Positions 9,079 through 19,944 of a stretch of 64,000 nucleotides of DNA are shown piece after piece. The notes under the pieces were generated by a model that saw only the letters and a program-made list of their open reading frames with translations, searched no databases and had not been told where the DNA came from. How positions within the stretch are numbered: the stretch's first letter is position 1; the number at the start of each line of letters is the position of its first letter. The translations under genes were made by a program, and so were the position numbers. Origin of the DNA: Hormoscilla sp. (lineage in GTDB: Bacteria > Cyanobacteriota > Cyanobacteriia > Cyanobacteriales > Desertifilaceae); the NCBI GenBank assembly GCA_051439505.1, contig JBFRWI010000100.1, positions 69,424-133,423 on the forward strand, in the 5' to 3' direction.

Positions 9079-10794
9079 TTAGGTTTCCTGGTCATCCCTG
9101 TCAACAGAAGTTACCTGCCACTGTCGTTCGGCGGAGATTTTCAATACTTGTTGATGATACTTAACCAGAGAGGGGCGATGTCCGACACTCACAAAGGTCG
9201 TGTTTGTTGCTTGCAGGCGTTGATAAAGACGTTCCTCATTTGTTATATCTAGGGCGCTAGTGGCTTCATCCAATATAACGTAGGGGCGTTGGGAGAGCAG
9301 TACTCTAGCAAAGGCTAGACGTTGTTGTTCTCCGAGGGACAGCATCGATGTCCAGTCTGCTTCGGTATCCAATCCCCCAACTCGTGCGGGTAATTCTGCC
9401 AGATTTACTTCTGCCAAGACTTGATGCAGTTCGGCGTCAGTAACATCCTGACTGGTCTGGGGATAAAGCAGTTGGTCCCGCAGGGTACCTAATATCATAT
9501 AGGGACGCTGGGGTAAAAATAGCATTTCCGACAAATTGGGTCGTGAGATTAAACCAGTGCCAGACTTCCACAAGCCCGCGATCGCCCTCATCAAGGAACT
9601 CTTACCAAAGCCGCTAGGTCCCTGCACTAGCAACCCCGTTCCCTGGGGAATCTCTACTGATAAATCTGCCAACAAAGTCCGTTGATAGTCAGGAGTTTGT
9701 AATGTTATATCGGATAAATTTAATCTATCTTCTTCCCGGGTATCAATCCTACTTATTCCTTCTGGGTCCGGGCCTTGTGATTTTTCTAGAGTGCTCACTA
9801 AATATTCTATTCTTAACACCGCTGCCAAAATCTCACTTAAAATCGGCAAGACTCCCATATACAAACCAAAACCGTTGACTAAATATCGGATATTACCCGC
9901 CGCTTCGATAATTTTACCGACCTCTACCTCTCCTGATAAAATTGGAGCCGCTAAAATTATGACTGGCACCAAGTAAGGAACCCCTCTGAACAAATTCTCA
10001 AACATCTTGAGGTAATATTGCCACCGCAGGATTTTATTCTGATTAGCGAATGCCTGAACGAAGCGCATATCTGTCTGGTGAAACTCCCGGTCTTCTCCCT
10101 GGTAAAATGCGATCGCTTCAGCATTTTCGCGCACCCTGACTAAGCTAGAACGAAAATCCCCTTCTTTTCGCCGTTGCTGCAAGTTCAGTCTCGTCAATAC
10201 CTTGCCAAAAAAACCAAATAGTATCAGAGCGCTAATCAGGCCATAAATCAGTAAAACAATTACAAGTACTGGGGAAATTTCACCTAGGGCTATACTGTTG
10301 AACAGCACCAATGAAGGTCCTACTATCACCAATAAGGAGAACATCGCCAAAATCCCGCTCGTAAATGTCTGGATATCTTCAGCTAGCCGCTGGTCTGGGT
10401 TGTCGATGTCCGGCTGCCATGTTAACTTATAGTAGGCCCGATCGGCCATATATTTCCCCAGCAAACGCAATGTCAGCCAGCGCCGCCAGTATAGAGCCAA
10501 TAAATTGTAGGAATACAACCAGCAAACATTAGTGAGGGCCCAAAGCCCTATGCCACCAAAGAAGTTTAGCATCCCCTGCCACAATCTTACTTCATCCCCC
10601 GCTGCCATGGCTGAAGTCATACTCCCCAATTGACGGAATACGAACGGGCCCACCGCCGAGTGGCCTAGAGAACCTCCCACCATCAGTACGAAGAGACCCC
10701 AGGCCCTAAATTTTTCTTCGGAAACAAAATAGGGGTAGACAATGGCCAATATCCTGCGCAGCAGTTGCCAGTTAGATCGACGCGATGAATTCAT
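9079..10794 (-). CDS. ABCD-like fused permease/ATPase, paralogue of 7342-9051
   Basis: DNPDQRL; EGDFR..RVRENAEAIAFY; GPSGFGKSS; LSLGEQQR. Confidence 0.92.
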   Translation of the reverse strand: MNSSRRSNWQLLRRILAIVYPYFVSEEKFRAWGLFVLMVGGSLGHSAVGPFVFRQLGSMTSAMAAGDEVRLWQGMLNFFGGIGLWALTNVCWLYSYNLLALYWRRWLTLRLLGKYMADRAYYKLTWQPDIDNPDQRLAEDIQTFTSGILAMFSLLVIVGPSLVLFNSIALGEISPVLVIVLLIYGLISALILFGFFGKVLTRLNLQQRRKEGDFRSSLVRVRENAEAIAFYQGEDREFHQTDMRFVQAFANQNKILRWQYYLKMFENLFRGVPYLVPVIILAAPILSGEVEVGKIIEAAGNIRYLVNGFGLYMGVLPILSEILAAVLRIEYLVSTLEKSQGPDPEGISRIDTREEDRLNLSDITLQTPDYQRTLLADLSVEIPQGTGLLVQGPSGFGKSSLMRAIAGLWKSGTGLISRPNLSEMLFLPQRPYMILGTLRDQLLYPQTSQDVTDAELHQVLAEVNLAELPARVGGLDTEADWTSMLSLGEQQRLAFARVLLSQRPYVILDEATSALDITNEERLYQRLQATNTTFVSVGHRPSLVKYHQQVLKISAERQWQVTSVDRDDQET

Positions 10795-10822
10795 TTTTTC
10801 TCTCTACTGATGGATGTGAAAC

Positions 10823-11092
10823 CTATGATACATTACCACAGTCGCCGGATGGGAGCAGATGCCGTGGGATTATCCCTGGCACATCCCCAGGATGAACCCT
10901 ACTATACCAGACTTCCTCTGGCAACAGTAACACCATTGGGCCATTGCCGCATTTTCCCAAGCATCTGACGCCTTTGACATCTACTCCCTCGATGGGAGAG
11001 TCTTGAAAAGCAGCCAGTACCTTAGCTGCGCCGTACTTGCGACAGCTAGTATGCTGGCAAACCAGGACTATTTTAGTTTCTGTCTGAGCCAT
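10823..11092 (-). CDS. Thioredoxin-like [2Fe-2S] ferredoxin
   Basis: VLVCQHTSC...CLGKCGNGP motif; start reassigned to MAQTETK. Confidence 0.85.
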   Translation of the reverse strand: MAQTETKIVLVCQHTSCRKYGAAKVLAAFQDSPIEGVDVKGVRCLGKCGNGPMVLLLPEEVWYSRVHPGDVPGIIPRHLLPSGDCGNVS

Positions 11093-11260
11093 TGTCAATC
11101 CGGGGGGAAATTTTCCGGAAATGGTCGGGAACCTTTCGTACTCTACTAGATTCTCCACTGCTATCGCTTCGGTCCTCACCAGTTGGCGGCCAGGCGATCG
11201 CCGGCTGGACCAGACCCCGCGAGCATATCCATATCCTAGAGCAAAAGGAGAATAAAAGCA

Positions 11261-13183
11261 ATGAGCATCATCAAATTACTGGCAGTCGCCGCCGCTAGTG
11301 CCGCTATTTCCCTGACAGTAGTAGAAGCGAAGGCCGCATCGATCGCCCCTGTTGGATTTGAGATTACCGGAAATCTTGTCGCCCAACAGGGGAACAATTC
11401 CAGTTATCAAGGGAATGGCCAGCTAATTTGGAACCGCACTCTTGACCCGCGCCACGATCTTATTAACGAAGTCACTCTCATCAAGGGCCGGTCTCCCCAA
11501 GTCACCCTGGTTTTAGAGACAACCAATAATCTCGAATACCGTATTGATGGTAGCATAGGTCTGGCCGGGAATCAAGGTTTTCAAATGGACTTGATTCAGG
11601 TAAACGACCTCCCAGCGGAAGGGGTGTTATTCGTAGGAGAAAATGGCGAACTTCGGGCGATGTCACCGCTAGCAGCAGGATTTGACTTCCAAGAGTTATC
11701 AGTAGATTTCCAAGCAAAACAGCATTCTCAGACCGAGATCCTGATGGATATCTTCGCGACGGGAAGCGGTCAATTCTCGATCGCGGGTACGCCAACGGAG
11801 TCCCTGAGTCGGGCCACCGTTGTCGTTACGAAAGAAAATTATGTCGCCATGTCTTTTCGGGGTAAAGACAACCGTCTGATGCGTTTTGCCGGTCAACTGG
11901 TGCGCCGAGATGCTAACAGTCTGACTATTAACTTTACTAACTATGGCAAGGCCAAAGCAACGGGGACTCTCAACGTACAGTACGGTCCTAACAACTCTAT
12001 TTCTGCCCTCAATGGTAACGGCACCATTGAAGGTCAGCGCTTCTCAATCAATTTTAACAACTCCCAATCTCAGGCACAACAGAATCAGGCACAACAGAAT
12101 CAGGGACAACAGAATCTCAATCTATCCCAAAATGGACGGGGTCGGTTCTCTTTTGCAGGTGAAAATAGAGTGCTACAAACTGCCACAGTTGTTGCTAATG
12201 CTAACGGGGATGTGAAGATCTCGCTGCGCGATCGGCAAAATCAGGCGATCGCCTTCAGGGGTAAAGTGATGCGCCGCACCGCCAACAGTCTGCTGGTTAA
12301 CCTGACAGACTCCGGCAGTTTCCAGTCCGTTCAAGGAAGACTCGGCATTGTCTATAACGCTAATGACAATTCTATCTCCTCCCTGAAAGGGAACGGCATG
12401 GTTGACGGTCAGGAATTCTCCCTCAATTTTAATAACTCTCAAGCTACTGGAGAAACTCCCCAGTTACCAGCAAATATTAATCTCTCCCAGTCAGGACGGG
12501 GTCGGTTCTCTTGGGCCGGTGAAAATCAAGTCCTACAAACTGCCACAGTTGTTGCTAACCGTAACGGAAATGTGAATATCAACCTGCGCGATCGGCAAAA
12601 TCAAGTTATCTCCTTGGCAGGCCAACTGCTGCGCCAAAATGCCGACACCCTGCTGGTCAACCTCACTAACTTTAGTAGTTTCTCCTCGGTAGAAGGTCAA
12701 GTCAGGATCTCTTACAGCGCCGACAAGAATGAAATATCCTCGATCGCGGGGAAAGGAAATCTTGACGGTCGGGAATTCTCTCTCAATTTTAGCAACTCTC
12801 AAACTACGGGACAAACTCCTCAGCTACAAGAGAAGATTAATCTCTCTGGAAACGGACGGGGTCGGTTAGCTTTGGCAGGTGAAAATCAAGTCCTACAAAC
12901 TGCCACAGTTGTTGCTAACACTAACGGCGATGTCAGTATCTCTTTGCGCGATCGGGAAAATCAAGCGATCTCCTTGGGCGGTCAACTGCTGCGCCAAAAT
13001 GCCGACACCCTGTTAGTTAACCTGACTAACTCTGGCAGTTTTGAGTCCGTAGAAGGTCGAGTCAGGATCGAGTACAGCGCTGACAACAATTCTATCTCCT
13101 CCATCAGAGGGAAAGGAACCATTGACGGTCAGGAATTCTCTCTCGGGTTTAATAACTCTCAAACCACCGGACAAAATCCCTAG
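11261..13183 (+). CDS. Secreted protein with four tandem ~120-aa beta-rich repeats, function unknown
   Basis: Sec signal peptide (…VEAKA); repeats NLSxxGRGRFSxAGENxVLQTATVVAN...DGxEFSLNFxNSQ. Confidence 0.8.
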   Translation: MSIIKLLAVAAASAAISLTVVEAKAASIAPVGFEITGNLVAQQGNNSSYQGNGQLIWNRTLDPRHDLINEVTLIKGRSPQVTLVLETTNNLEYRIDGSIGLAGNQGFQMDLIQVNDLPAEGVLFVGENGELRAMSPLAAGFDFQELSVDFQAKQHSQTEILMDIFATGSGQFSIAGTPTESLSRATVVVTKENYVAMSFRGKDNRLMRFAGQLVRRDANSLTINFTNYGKAKATGTLNVQYGPNNSISALNGNGTIEGQRFSINFNNSQSQAQQNQAQQNQGQQNLNLSQNGRGRFSFAGENRVLQTATVVANANGDVKISLRDRQNQAIAFRGKVMRRTANSLLVNLTDSGSFQSVQGRLGIVYNANDNSISSLKGNGMVDGQEFSLNFNNSQATGETPQLPANINLSQSGRGRFSWAGENQVLQTATVVANRNGNVNINLRDRQNQVISLAGQLLRQNADTLLVNLTNFSSFSSVEGQVRISYSADKNEISSIAGKGNLDGREFSLNFSNSQTTGQTPQLQEKINLSGNGRGRLALAGENQVLQTATVVANTNGDVSISLRDRENQAISLGGQLLRQNADTLLVNLTNSGSFESVEGRVRIEYSADNNSISSIRGKGTIDGQEFSLGFNNSQTTGQNP

Positions 13184-13274
13184 GGATAAAATAATATAAA
13201 TTTGTTAATTGCGAATTGCTAATGGAAAAGAATCCCTTCACCATTAACAATTCGCAATTCACTATTAGCAATTA

Positions 13275-14249
13275 TCAATCTGCCGAGAGTCCCTTGGATG
13301 CTAACCATTCGCGATTATAAAGTCGTGATTGATAACGGGCCCCACCATCGCAAAGTACAGTCACGATCGTATGACCCGGTCCCATCTGCTTAGCCAAGGC
13401 CACAGCAGCACCAACATTAATGCCCACGGAACCTCCCATAAATAGCCCATCTTTCCGCAGCAACTGATATATTACCCGCACGCATTCCGGATCGTCAATC
13501 TGGATCGCATCATCGATCGGGACATCTTGCATATTTCCCGTGATGCGAGAATTACCAATGCCTTCAGTAATCGATCGGCCCTCAGCTTTCGGTTCCCCGG
13601 TCTTCACATAACTATACAGCCCACTGCCCATGGGGTCTGCCAAGACATTTTGAACTTTAGCATTCTTTTCTTTCAGATACATCGCCACCCCGGCAAAGGT
13701 GCCACCCGTACCCGTTGAGGCCACCCAGCCATCAACTTTACCATCGGTTTGGGCCCAAATTTCCGGACCAGTAGTTTCATAATGGGCCCGTCGGTTAGCT
13801 AGATTATCAAACTGATTGGCCCAGATCGCATTTTCCATCTCAGCGGCGATTCTGCCAGACAGCTTGACATAATTGTTAGGGTCTTTGTACGGTACCGCCG
13901 GGACCGTTTGCACGTCGGCACCCAAGGTGCGCAAGGCATCTATCTTCTCTTGGGATTGGGTTTCGGGAATGATAATCTTGCACTTATAGCCTTTAGCATT
14001 GCAAATATGGGCTAAACCAATCCCCGTATTGCCAGCAGTGCCCTCAACTACCGTGCCACCGGGTTTAAGTAAACCTTTTTCTTCAGCATCTTGAATAATG
14101 TAAAGTGCGGCCCGGTCCTTCACGGAACCCCCCGGATTGAGAAATTCAGCCTTTCCCAGGATTTCGCAACCCGTTTCCTCGCTGAAGCTGTTGATGCGGA
14201 TTAAGGGCGTGTTCCCCACGGTGCCGACGAAGCCTGCTTTTATATCCAT
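13275..14249 (-). CDS. cysK: Cysteine synthase
   Basis: KAEFLNPGGSVKDR PLP motif; GTGGT. Confidence 0.9.
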   Translation of the reverse strand: MDIKAGFVGTVGNTPLIRINSFSEETGCEILGKAEFLNPGGSVKDRAALYIIQDAEEKGLLKPGGTVVEGTAGNTGIGLAHICNAKGYKCKIIIPETQSQEKIDALRTLGADVQTVPAVPYKDPNNYVKLSGRIAAEMENAIWANQFDNLANRRAHYETTGPEIWAQTDGKVDGWVASTGTGGTFAGVAMYLKEKNAKVQNVLADPMGSGLYSYVKTGEPKAEGRSITEGIGNSRITGNMQDVPIDDAIQIDDPECVRVIYQLLRKDGLFMGGSVGINVGAAVALAKQMGPGHTIVTVLCDGGARYQSRLYNREWLASKGLSAD

Positions 14250-14479
14250 ATGTTCTTCCAGTTCTAAGTGTCTCAGATATTGTATACCTTAAACTGGAGG
14301 CAGAGCCTCGACGAGGGCGTTCCCAGTCTCCGGCTGGGAACGAGAGGGTAAAAATGGGTGCGATCGCAAGTAGTTGATAGTCATATCTGGTATATCTGGT
14401 GATACATTATAGCCCGCGCAGGCGGGCTTTGTACCTGTAGCCGGACCCTTTAGGGTTCGGGCGCGATGTCCAGAAACTT

Positions 14480-15118
14480 TTACTTATTCGGTTGAGGGGT
14501 CATCCGCAGGTAGGGCTTGACTTCGGTGTAACCTTTGGGGAATTTTTCCTTCAGGACTTCTGGGTCTTTCAGGGAGGGGACGATCACGCAGTCGCCGCCA
14601 TCTTTCCAGTTGACTGGGGTAGCGACGCTGTGGTTGTCTGTCAACTGCAAGGAGTCGATCACCCGCAAGATTTCGTCGAAGTTGCGTCCGGTACTGGCGG
14701 GGTAGGTGAGGGTGAGGCGGAGTTTCTTGTTGGAGTCGATGATGAAGACAGAACGCACCGTCAAGGTATTGCTGGCGCGAGGGTGGATCATGTCGTAGAG
14801 GTCCGAGACCTTCTTGTCGGGATCCGCTAAGATGGGATAGTTGACGGTGGTCTTCTGGGTTTCGTTGATATCCCCGATCCAGCCTTTGTGAGACTCGACG
14901 CTATCGACGCTGAGGGCGATCGGCTTGACGTTACGCTTGTCAAATTCCGGTTTCAGGCGGGCGACTTCCCCCAGTTCGGTAGTGCAAACGGGGGTATAGT
15001 CGGCGGGGTGGGAGAATAGGATCACCCAGCTATCCCCTGCCCAGGTGTAAAAGTCGATTTCACCTTCAGAGGACGCTTGGGTGAAGTTGGGGACATAGTC
15101 CCCTAGTCTGAGAGTCAT
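14480..15118 (-). CDS. 1-Cys peroxiredoxin (Prx6)
   Basis: FSHPADYTPVCTTE; GRNFDEILR. Confidence 0.95.
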   Translation of the reverse strand: MTLRLGDYVPNFTQASSEGEIDFYTWAGDSWVILFSHPADYTPVCTTELGEVARLKPEFDKRNVKPIALSVDSVESHKGWIGDINETQKTTVNYPILADPDKKVSDLYDMIHPRASNTLTVRSVFIIDSNKKLRLTLTYPASTGRNFDEILRVIDSLQLTDNHSVATPVNWKDGGDCVIVPSLKDPEVLKEKFPKGYTEVKPYLRMTPQPNK

Positions 15119-15291
15119 AACCTAGTTCCTGTGGTTTGCTACTAAAATTGTTTCCAACTTTACATTTTCCCACATCACCTTGATGCTGCTCTCAGATAAT
15201 TTTCGATTTTCCTCAGAAAAGCCATTGCATTTGCTGATGGACTGTATTAAGTTTAGTGATATGTTATCTTCGCCCTTAAATAGGATTGCCT

Positions 15292-15594
15292 ATGTTCCAG
15301 TTCCTGTATTTTATACTACATGCCCTCGATCCGTTTCTGGTGCCGATTTGCTTTGTCTGTGCCTGGATGTTAGTGCTGATGGTAGGTTGGAGTCTCTGGG
15401 GGGCCCTGCGATCGGGCCTTGCGAGGGCCCAGCTGATGCACCAGATCCCCTGTACCGGCTGTGAGTTTTTCACCAATGATTACCGGCTCAAATGTACGGT
15501 GCGGCCTCAAATTGCCAATACGGAGAAGGCGATCGCCTGTTCTGACTATTGTGCGAAAAAAAATCCTTTCAGTATAGCTAGCCAAGATGAGTAA
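15292..15594 (+). CDS. Conserved cyanobacterial small membrane protein with Cys motif
   Basis: TM helix followed by HQIPCTGCEFF..LKCTVRP..CSDY. Confidence 0.7.
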   Translation: MFQFLYFILHALDPFLVPICFVCAWMLVLMVGWSLWGALRSGLARAQLMHQIPCTGCEFFTNDYRLKCTVRPQIANTEKAIACSDYCAKKNPFSIASQDE

Positions 15595-15611
15595 ATTTAT
15601 CTGGGAATATC

Positions 15612-16073
15612 GTGGTAGACTATAGCAAGTTAAGGGCTTTACTAGCGGAAAAAAACTGGCAAGGAGCCGACGTAGAAACGAGAAGATTGATGTTGTCTAT
15701 TGCGGGGGCAGATAGGCGATCGGATCTTTTGCTAACGGCAACAGATATTCAGGAATTTCCCTGTACTGAACTGCGGACTATTGACAAGGTTTGGGTAGAG
15801 TACAGTGAAGGACATTTTGGTTTTTCTGTCATCAAAGGCATTTATGCAGAAGTGGGAAAAGATTACTCCCAGTTAGCGGAACGGGTAGGTTGGCGGGCCG
15901 GGGAAAAATGGATAAAATACCAGGAAGTAAATTTTACAGGTAATGCCCCTGTAGGACATTTACCCATTACGTGGTTAGTCCCGAGTTCTTTTTGGATGTA
16001 TTGGCTAGCACGTTTTGCTAGCGCGGGTTGGAGGTTACTATTAGAACGGGCCGAAGCTTGTCAATTATCGTAG
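15612..16073 (+). CDS. GUN4 domain protein
   Basis: DYSKLRALLAEKNWQGADVET; FPCTELRTIDKVW..SEGHFGFS; APVGHLP. Confidence 0.88.
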   Translation: MVDYSKLRALLAEKNWQGADVETRRLMLSIAGADRRSDLLLTATDIQEFPCTELRTIDKVWVEYSEGHFGFSVIKGIYAEVGKDYSQLAERVGWRAGEKWIKYQEVNFTGNAPVGHLPITWLVPSSFWMYWLARFASAGWRLLLERAEACQLS

Positions 16074-16092
16074 CAATAAATCGGCTTGTGAC

Positions 16093-16159
16093 AAGAAACC
16101 GGGTTTCTGCGATATCCTCTGGTATGTACCCAGGGTTGAACAGAGAAACCCGGTTTCTG
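16093..16159. repeat. AGAAACC(C/G)GGTTTCT palindrome pair
   Basis: Similar pairs at ~16972-17040, ~24484-24510 and ~38229-38293. Confidence 0.7.
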
Positions 16160-16257
16160 ACCGGGGTTTCCGGATGTGTCTAGTGCAGCCAAAAGGGTAG
16201 TGGTAAAGATGTAATGATTTGGCTACGGCAGAGTGAGGCTAGAAGCCTCTAAAATCA

Positions 16258-16617
16258 TTAGTTGAAAACGGGCGACACGTTAAGGAGAACCCTTCCGATG
16301 TTCTCTATCCGGACGAAATCTCTTGCAACTGCGCCAGGAGGATAAATGCTGTCAATAGCTCCTGGCGAACCGCAGGGGACAAAATTAGGCTGGGTGAGTG
16401 GCATGGGGCTACTGGAAACGGTGAAAGAGTATACGCCGACTTCTGGCGGTTCGCAAGAGACTGCCGATATTTCAAATTGGGGGACGAGGGGACCCTCGAA
16501 CGTCTCCCCTGGCACGATGATGTCAGCGTTTGCGGGAAGAACGATGGTCCCGACGAGGGCGATCGCAACGGCCACCGCTGCGAACCACCTGGTAATCAGA
16601 CTTAAGTACTGTTTCAT
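16258..16617 (-). CDS. Small secreted protein, function unknown
   Basis: Signal peptide ending in PANA; RBS-like AAGG upstream. Confidence 0.65.
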   Translation of the reverse strand: MKQYLSLITRWFAAVAVAIALVGTIVLPANADIIVPGETFEGPLVPQFEISAVSCEPPEVGVYSFTVSSSPMPLTQPNFVPCGSPGAIDSIYPPGAVARDFVRIENIGRVLLNVSPVFN

Positions 16618-17109
16618 TGAGTTTTACCTTTTTAGATATACGTTGTTTAGTCAATAGCAGTCGCCAAGGTAGTTAGGACAAAAGTCAGCCTTCTGCCCTC
16701 AGCTTTCTGCCTTTTGCGATCGTAACCCAGAAGTACACAACTCGGTTGAGAGGGTCTCTAGGATGGTTGCCGATGCCTCCGAACGCAAGTGATTGACCTG
16801 CATCATTTAATGACAATACACCTTTATCCACCTTTTTGCAAAAAAACATCCACGCCCGAGAGTAACTGTCGAACTGAGGCATCACAAGAGCGCTATCTAC
16901 TGTCCCCTTTTTCCCTTTAAACGCAGTGTAGGTGCCGGTGGTCACGGGGGCGATCGTCTCTCGGGTGTGGCAAGAAACCGGGTTTGGGGCGACAACCTCA
17001 GGGTCTTTGCCCGGGGTGGAAAAGAGAAACCCGGTTTCTGACCTCGGGTGGGGGGCGCGATGCCCGATCGGGAGGCGAGTCCCACAACCGGGAAGTTCTT
17101 CGCCTGATT

Positions 17110-18147
17110 TCAGCTTTGCACTTGAAATTCCTCTGGAGAGATTCCCCAATTTACCCAGCGAATTGCCTCCTGTGCTGATTCTACATCAGGAGGCACCCGC
17201 AAGGCATGAATGAATCCGGTGCTGGGGCAGGTCATTTTCAATAAATAAATTGGTTCGACATCTACATCTGCATCGATTTTCAATAAAGTATATTTCTGCC
17301 AAGTATCTAGGGCGATCGCCTGCAACTCTTGCAGCATTTTCTCATAACCAATTCCCTGAATTAAGACCCGCCGCAGTTCGGCATTTTCCTCTGTTAAAAT
17401 CCACTGTGATCGCCACTGATGGGGGTGTAGTTTACCGTACTTTTCAGGTAATATAACTCCTTGACTTGCATAAACACTCAAACCATCTGCATATTGAATC
17501 GCCGGTGCCCCTTCTGCATGGAGACGTTGTTGGTCGTCCAGGGAAAGAATGCTAGGGCGCGAGCAAACAATACAAGTCTTTTCAAAGGGAAAAATCCAAC
17601 CTGCGTTTTTCATCAATAGCTGATATATATCCCACATTGGTTGATGAGGTTGACAATTCAATTCGGAAATACAATAATCTAACAAACTGCCATTACTAAC
17701 AAAATTTTCTGTCCCCATGCTATAAAACTGATCTATCTCAATGCCGATTTTGTTGTAAATCATTTCGGCGATCGCACTTATTTCCGTTCTAATTATTTCT
17801 TCTCTTTCTTTAAGATATTTAAATAAATCATGATGCATCTGGGAACCAATTTTTACTTTCAGCTTAATTATCATTTCTTGGTTTAATTCCTTGACAATAT
17901 CGGTCAGTTCTGTCCTATAGGGCGAGAGATTCATAAAAATATGTTGGCAAGCATAAGCTGGACCGTCCGCAAAAATTATTTCTGGTTCCTTTTTGCATAT
18001 TAAGGCATAGGCAGCTTGGACCGCTTCTCTTGCCTTGCTTGGATCTAGGGATGCAGTTGATGTCGCAATTTTCCACCATTTTTCCTCGTAGACTGACATC
18101 ATAGCTTCTTGTGCTGGCGTCAGTCCCTCGATTAAAGTTTGCGACAT
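17110..18147 (-). CDS. DUF6745-like domain protein
   Basis: GWIFPFEKTCIVCSRP..RLHAEGAPAIQYADG..NAELRRV..LKMTCPSTG..LRVPP. Confidence 0.75.
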   Translation of the reverse strand: MSQTLIEGLTPAQEAMMSVYEEKWWKIATSTASLDPSKAREAVQAAYALICKKEPEIIFADGPAYACQHIFMNLSPYRTELTDIVKELNQEMIIKLKVKIGSQMHHDLFKYLKEREEIIRTEISAIAEMIYNKIGIEIDQFYSMGTENFVSNGSLLDYCISELNCQPHQPMWDIYQLLMKNAGWIFPFEKTCIVCSRPSILSLDDQQRLHAEGAPAIQYADGLSVYASQGVILPEKYGKLHPHQWRSQWILTEENAELRRVLIQGIGYEKMLQELQAIALDTWQKYTLLKIDADVDVEPIYLLKMTCPSTGFIHALRVPPDVESAQEAIRWVNWGISPEEFQVQS

Positions 18148-18250
18148 CGGTATCCTCCTGATTTTACCTTGTTTGCTAATTATACATCGAAATGCACCCC
18201 CATGAGAAGCATTTCATATTTCGATACTTCGTAGGTTTTGAATATAGGTT

Positions 18251-18433
18251 GTCATTGCGAGGGGGGACTCCGCGATTAGCTTATGCTTTCATCATCGTTA
18301 ACCCCCCCCCGAAGCAATCCCCCGCCCCATATGAGATGAAGATCACTGCGGCGTTGTCGGTGAGATTGCTTCGGGGGGATCATCATCACTTGGATCCCTA
18401 AAATGTCGATTTGGGTTTCCCCCTCGCAATGAC
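18251..18433. repeat. Palindromic MITE/REP-like element (GTCATTGCGAG family)
   Basis: Terminal inverted repeats plus inner GAAGCAATC/GATTGCTTC pair. Confidence 0.8.
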
Positions 18434-18481
18434 ATCCCTTGAAGTATTGTCTTATATTTACTAGCATACCACGAGCCGCCA

Positions 18482-19192
18482 TTAATGAGATGAGCCCGTT
18501 TCTTGAATATAGAGCGATCGCCCGATCGGGGTAGCCAAGTCCGGTCGGCCAACTTCGCACAGGGCCCGATCGCGAATACGGCAAGAGTCGCAGAGACCAC
18601 AGGGAGTTTCTCCGCCCTGATAGCAAGAGTAAGTCTCCTGAATGGGAACCCCTAGCTGCAAGGCGCGACGGACGATATCCGCTTTAGAATCTTTAACTAA
18701 GGGGGCGACCAATTGAGGGGCCTTACCTTCCAGTCCCACTTTCGATGATAAATTAGCCAACTGTTGAAAAGCAGCCAAATATTCAGGGCGACAGTCAGGA
18801 TAGCCCGAATAGTCTACCGCATTAATGCCCAGATAGATAGCAGACGCCCCCTTTGCTTCCGCCAGGGAAAGGGCGATCGCGATAAAGACAGTATTGCGTC
18901 CGGGCACATAGGTAACAGGAATTATCCCCGGTTTTACGCCCTCGGTAGGTACGGAAACATTTAGGTCAGTGAGGGCCGAACCTCCCCACTGGGATAAATT
19001 AACATCGATGATATAATGTTCGGCCAGGTGCAACTTTTGGGCAATAGTTTGGGCAGCGAATATTTCCCGATCGTGCCGTTGGCCGTAACGAAAGGATAGG
19101 GCGATAGTTTGGTAGCCATCGGCAACAGCTTGGGCGGCGGTAGTAGAGGAGTCCAGTCCCCCAGACAGGAGGGCGATCGCCATTTCAGTCAT
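18482..19192 (-). CDS. queC: 7-cyano-7-deazaguanine synthase
   Basis: SGGLDS; TYVPGRN; YPDCRP; SCY..CGLCDSC. Confidence 0.95.
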   Translation of the reverse strand: MTEMAIALLSGGLDSSTTAAQAVADGYQTIALSFRYGQRHDREIFAAQTIAQKLHLAEHYIIDVNLSQWGGSALTDLNVSVPTEGVKPGIIPVTYVPGRNTVFIAIALSLAEAKGASAIYLGINAVDYSGYPDCRPEYLAAFQQLANLSSKVGLEGKAPQLVAPLVKDSKADIVRRALQLGVPIQETYSCYQGGETPCGLCDSCRIRDRALCEVGRPDLATPIGRSLYIQETGSSH

Positions 19193-19193
19193 T

Positions 19194-19796
19194 TTATTTT
19201 ATCTCCAAAAACTTGTGAGTTTGTAAACTAAAGCGCCAGGACGGGTGCTGCAAGATGTAGGCAAAAACGAGGCGACGACTATAGGAAGTATTCCACTCAG
19301 GTTGCAGGTACATCATCGCAGAATCTTTCACCTTCAGGGCCTCTTGATCTGCCCATTCTAGATCCTGGGGGTGGGCAACGACAACCTTCAGTTCATCAGC
19401 ATGAGGATAGACAGAGGGGTGAGGAGGCTGAAAAGTTTTGGGAGAAAGGGTTACCCAGTCAAAACTGCCAGTGAAAGGATGAGCACCAGAAGTTTCTAAA
19501 TGGACTCGCAGGTGAGACTTTCGGAGTGCATCAGAGAGGGGAGTAAGGTCATGCATCAAAGGTTCTCCGCCAGTAACGACCACAATAGCAGGAGAAGCAG
19601 CAACAGCTTCTGCCACCAGATCGGGAACAGTCCGCTGGGGATGAAGCTGTGGGTTCCAAGACTCCTTGGTATCGCACCAAGAACAATGGACATCGCAACC
19701 CCCCAAGCGGATAAAGAAGGCGCTGACACCAGTCCAGGCACCTTCTCCCTGGAGGGAGTGAAAGGTTTCTACTACGGGGTAAGTGACTTGAGTCAT
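19194..19796 (-). CDS. queE: 7-carboxy-7-deazaguanine synthase (radical SAM)
   Basis: [31 protein letters not shown]; adjacent to queC. Confidence 0.93.
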   Translation of the reverse strand: MTQVTYPVVETFHSLQGEGAWTGVSAFFIRLGGCDVHCSWCDTKESWNPQLHPQRTVPDLVAEAVAASPAIVVVTGGEPLMHDLTPLSDALRKSHLRVHLETSGAHPFTGSFDWVTLSPKTFQPPHPSVYPHADELKVVVAHPQDLEWADQEALKVKDSAMMYLQPEWNTSYSRRLVFAYILQHPSWRFSLQTHKFLEIK

Positions 19797-19840
19797 ACTC
19801 GGATCTCGGGCTACAAACCAGTATAGGGGCGAACTGTCCC

Positions 19841-19869
19841 TTGACAATTATAATTTCACATTCTATCAT
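19841..19869 (+). promoter_or_regulatory. Sigma70-like promoter TTGACA-N17-TATCAT inside a CCTTGACAA...TTGTCAAGG inverted repeat
   Basis: Direct motif match in the divergent intergenic region. Confidence 0.45.
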
Positions 19870-19944
19870 CCTTGTCAAGGAACTGGACTTTGTGCTATCC
19901 TGAGAAGGTAGTAATTTTCGTCATTATCGATCAGTAGCAGTTTA

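Noticed and set aside
16685..17149. 154-aa minus-strand ORF
   Set aside because: Runs through palindromic repeats, overlaps the neighbouring gene and has no recognisable motifs
18482..19796. queC/queE as a Dpd DNA-modification defence island
   Set aside because: No dpdA/tgt-like or dpdB-K genes in the window; consistent with ordinary queuosine synthesis
19797..19845. preQ1 riboswitch upstream of queE
   Set aside because: A GTTCG is present, but there is no convincing P1 stem or A-rich 3' tail
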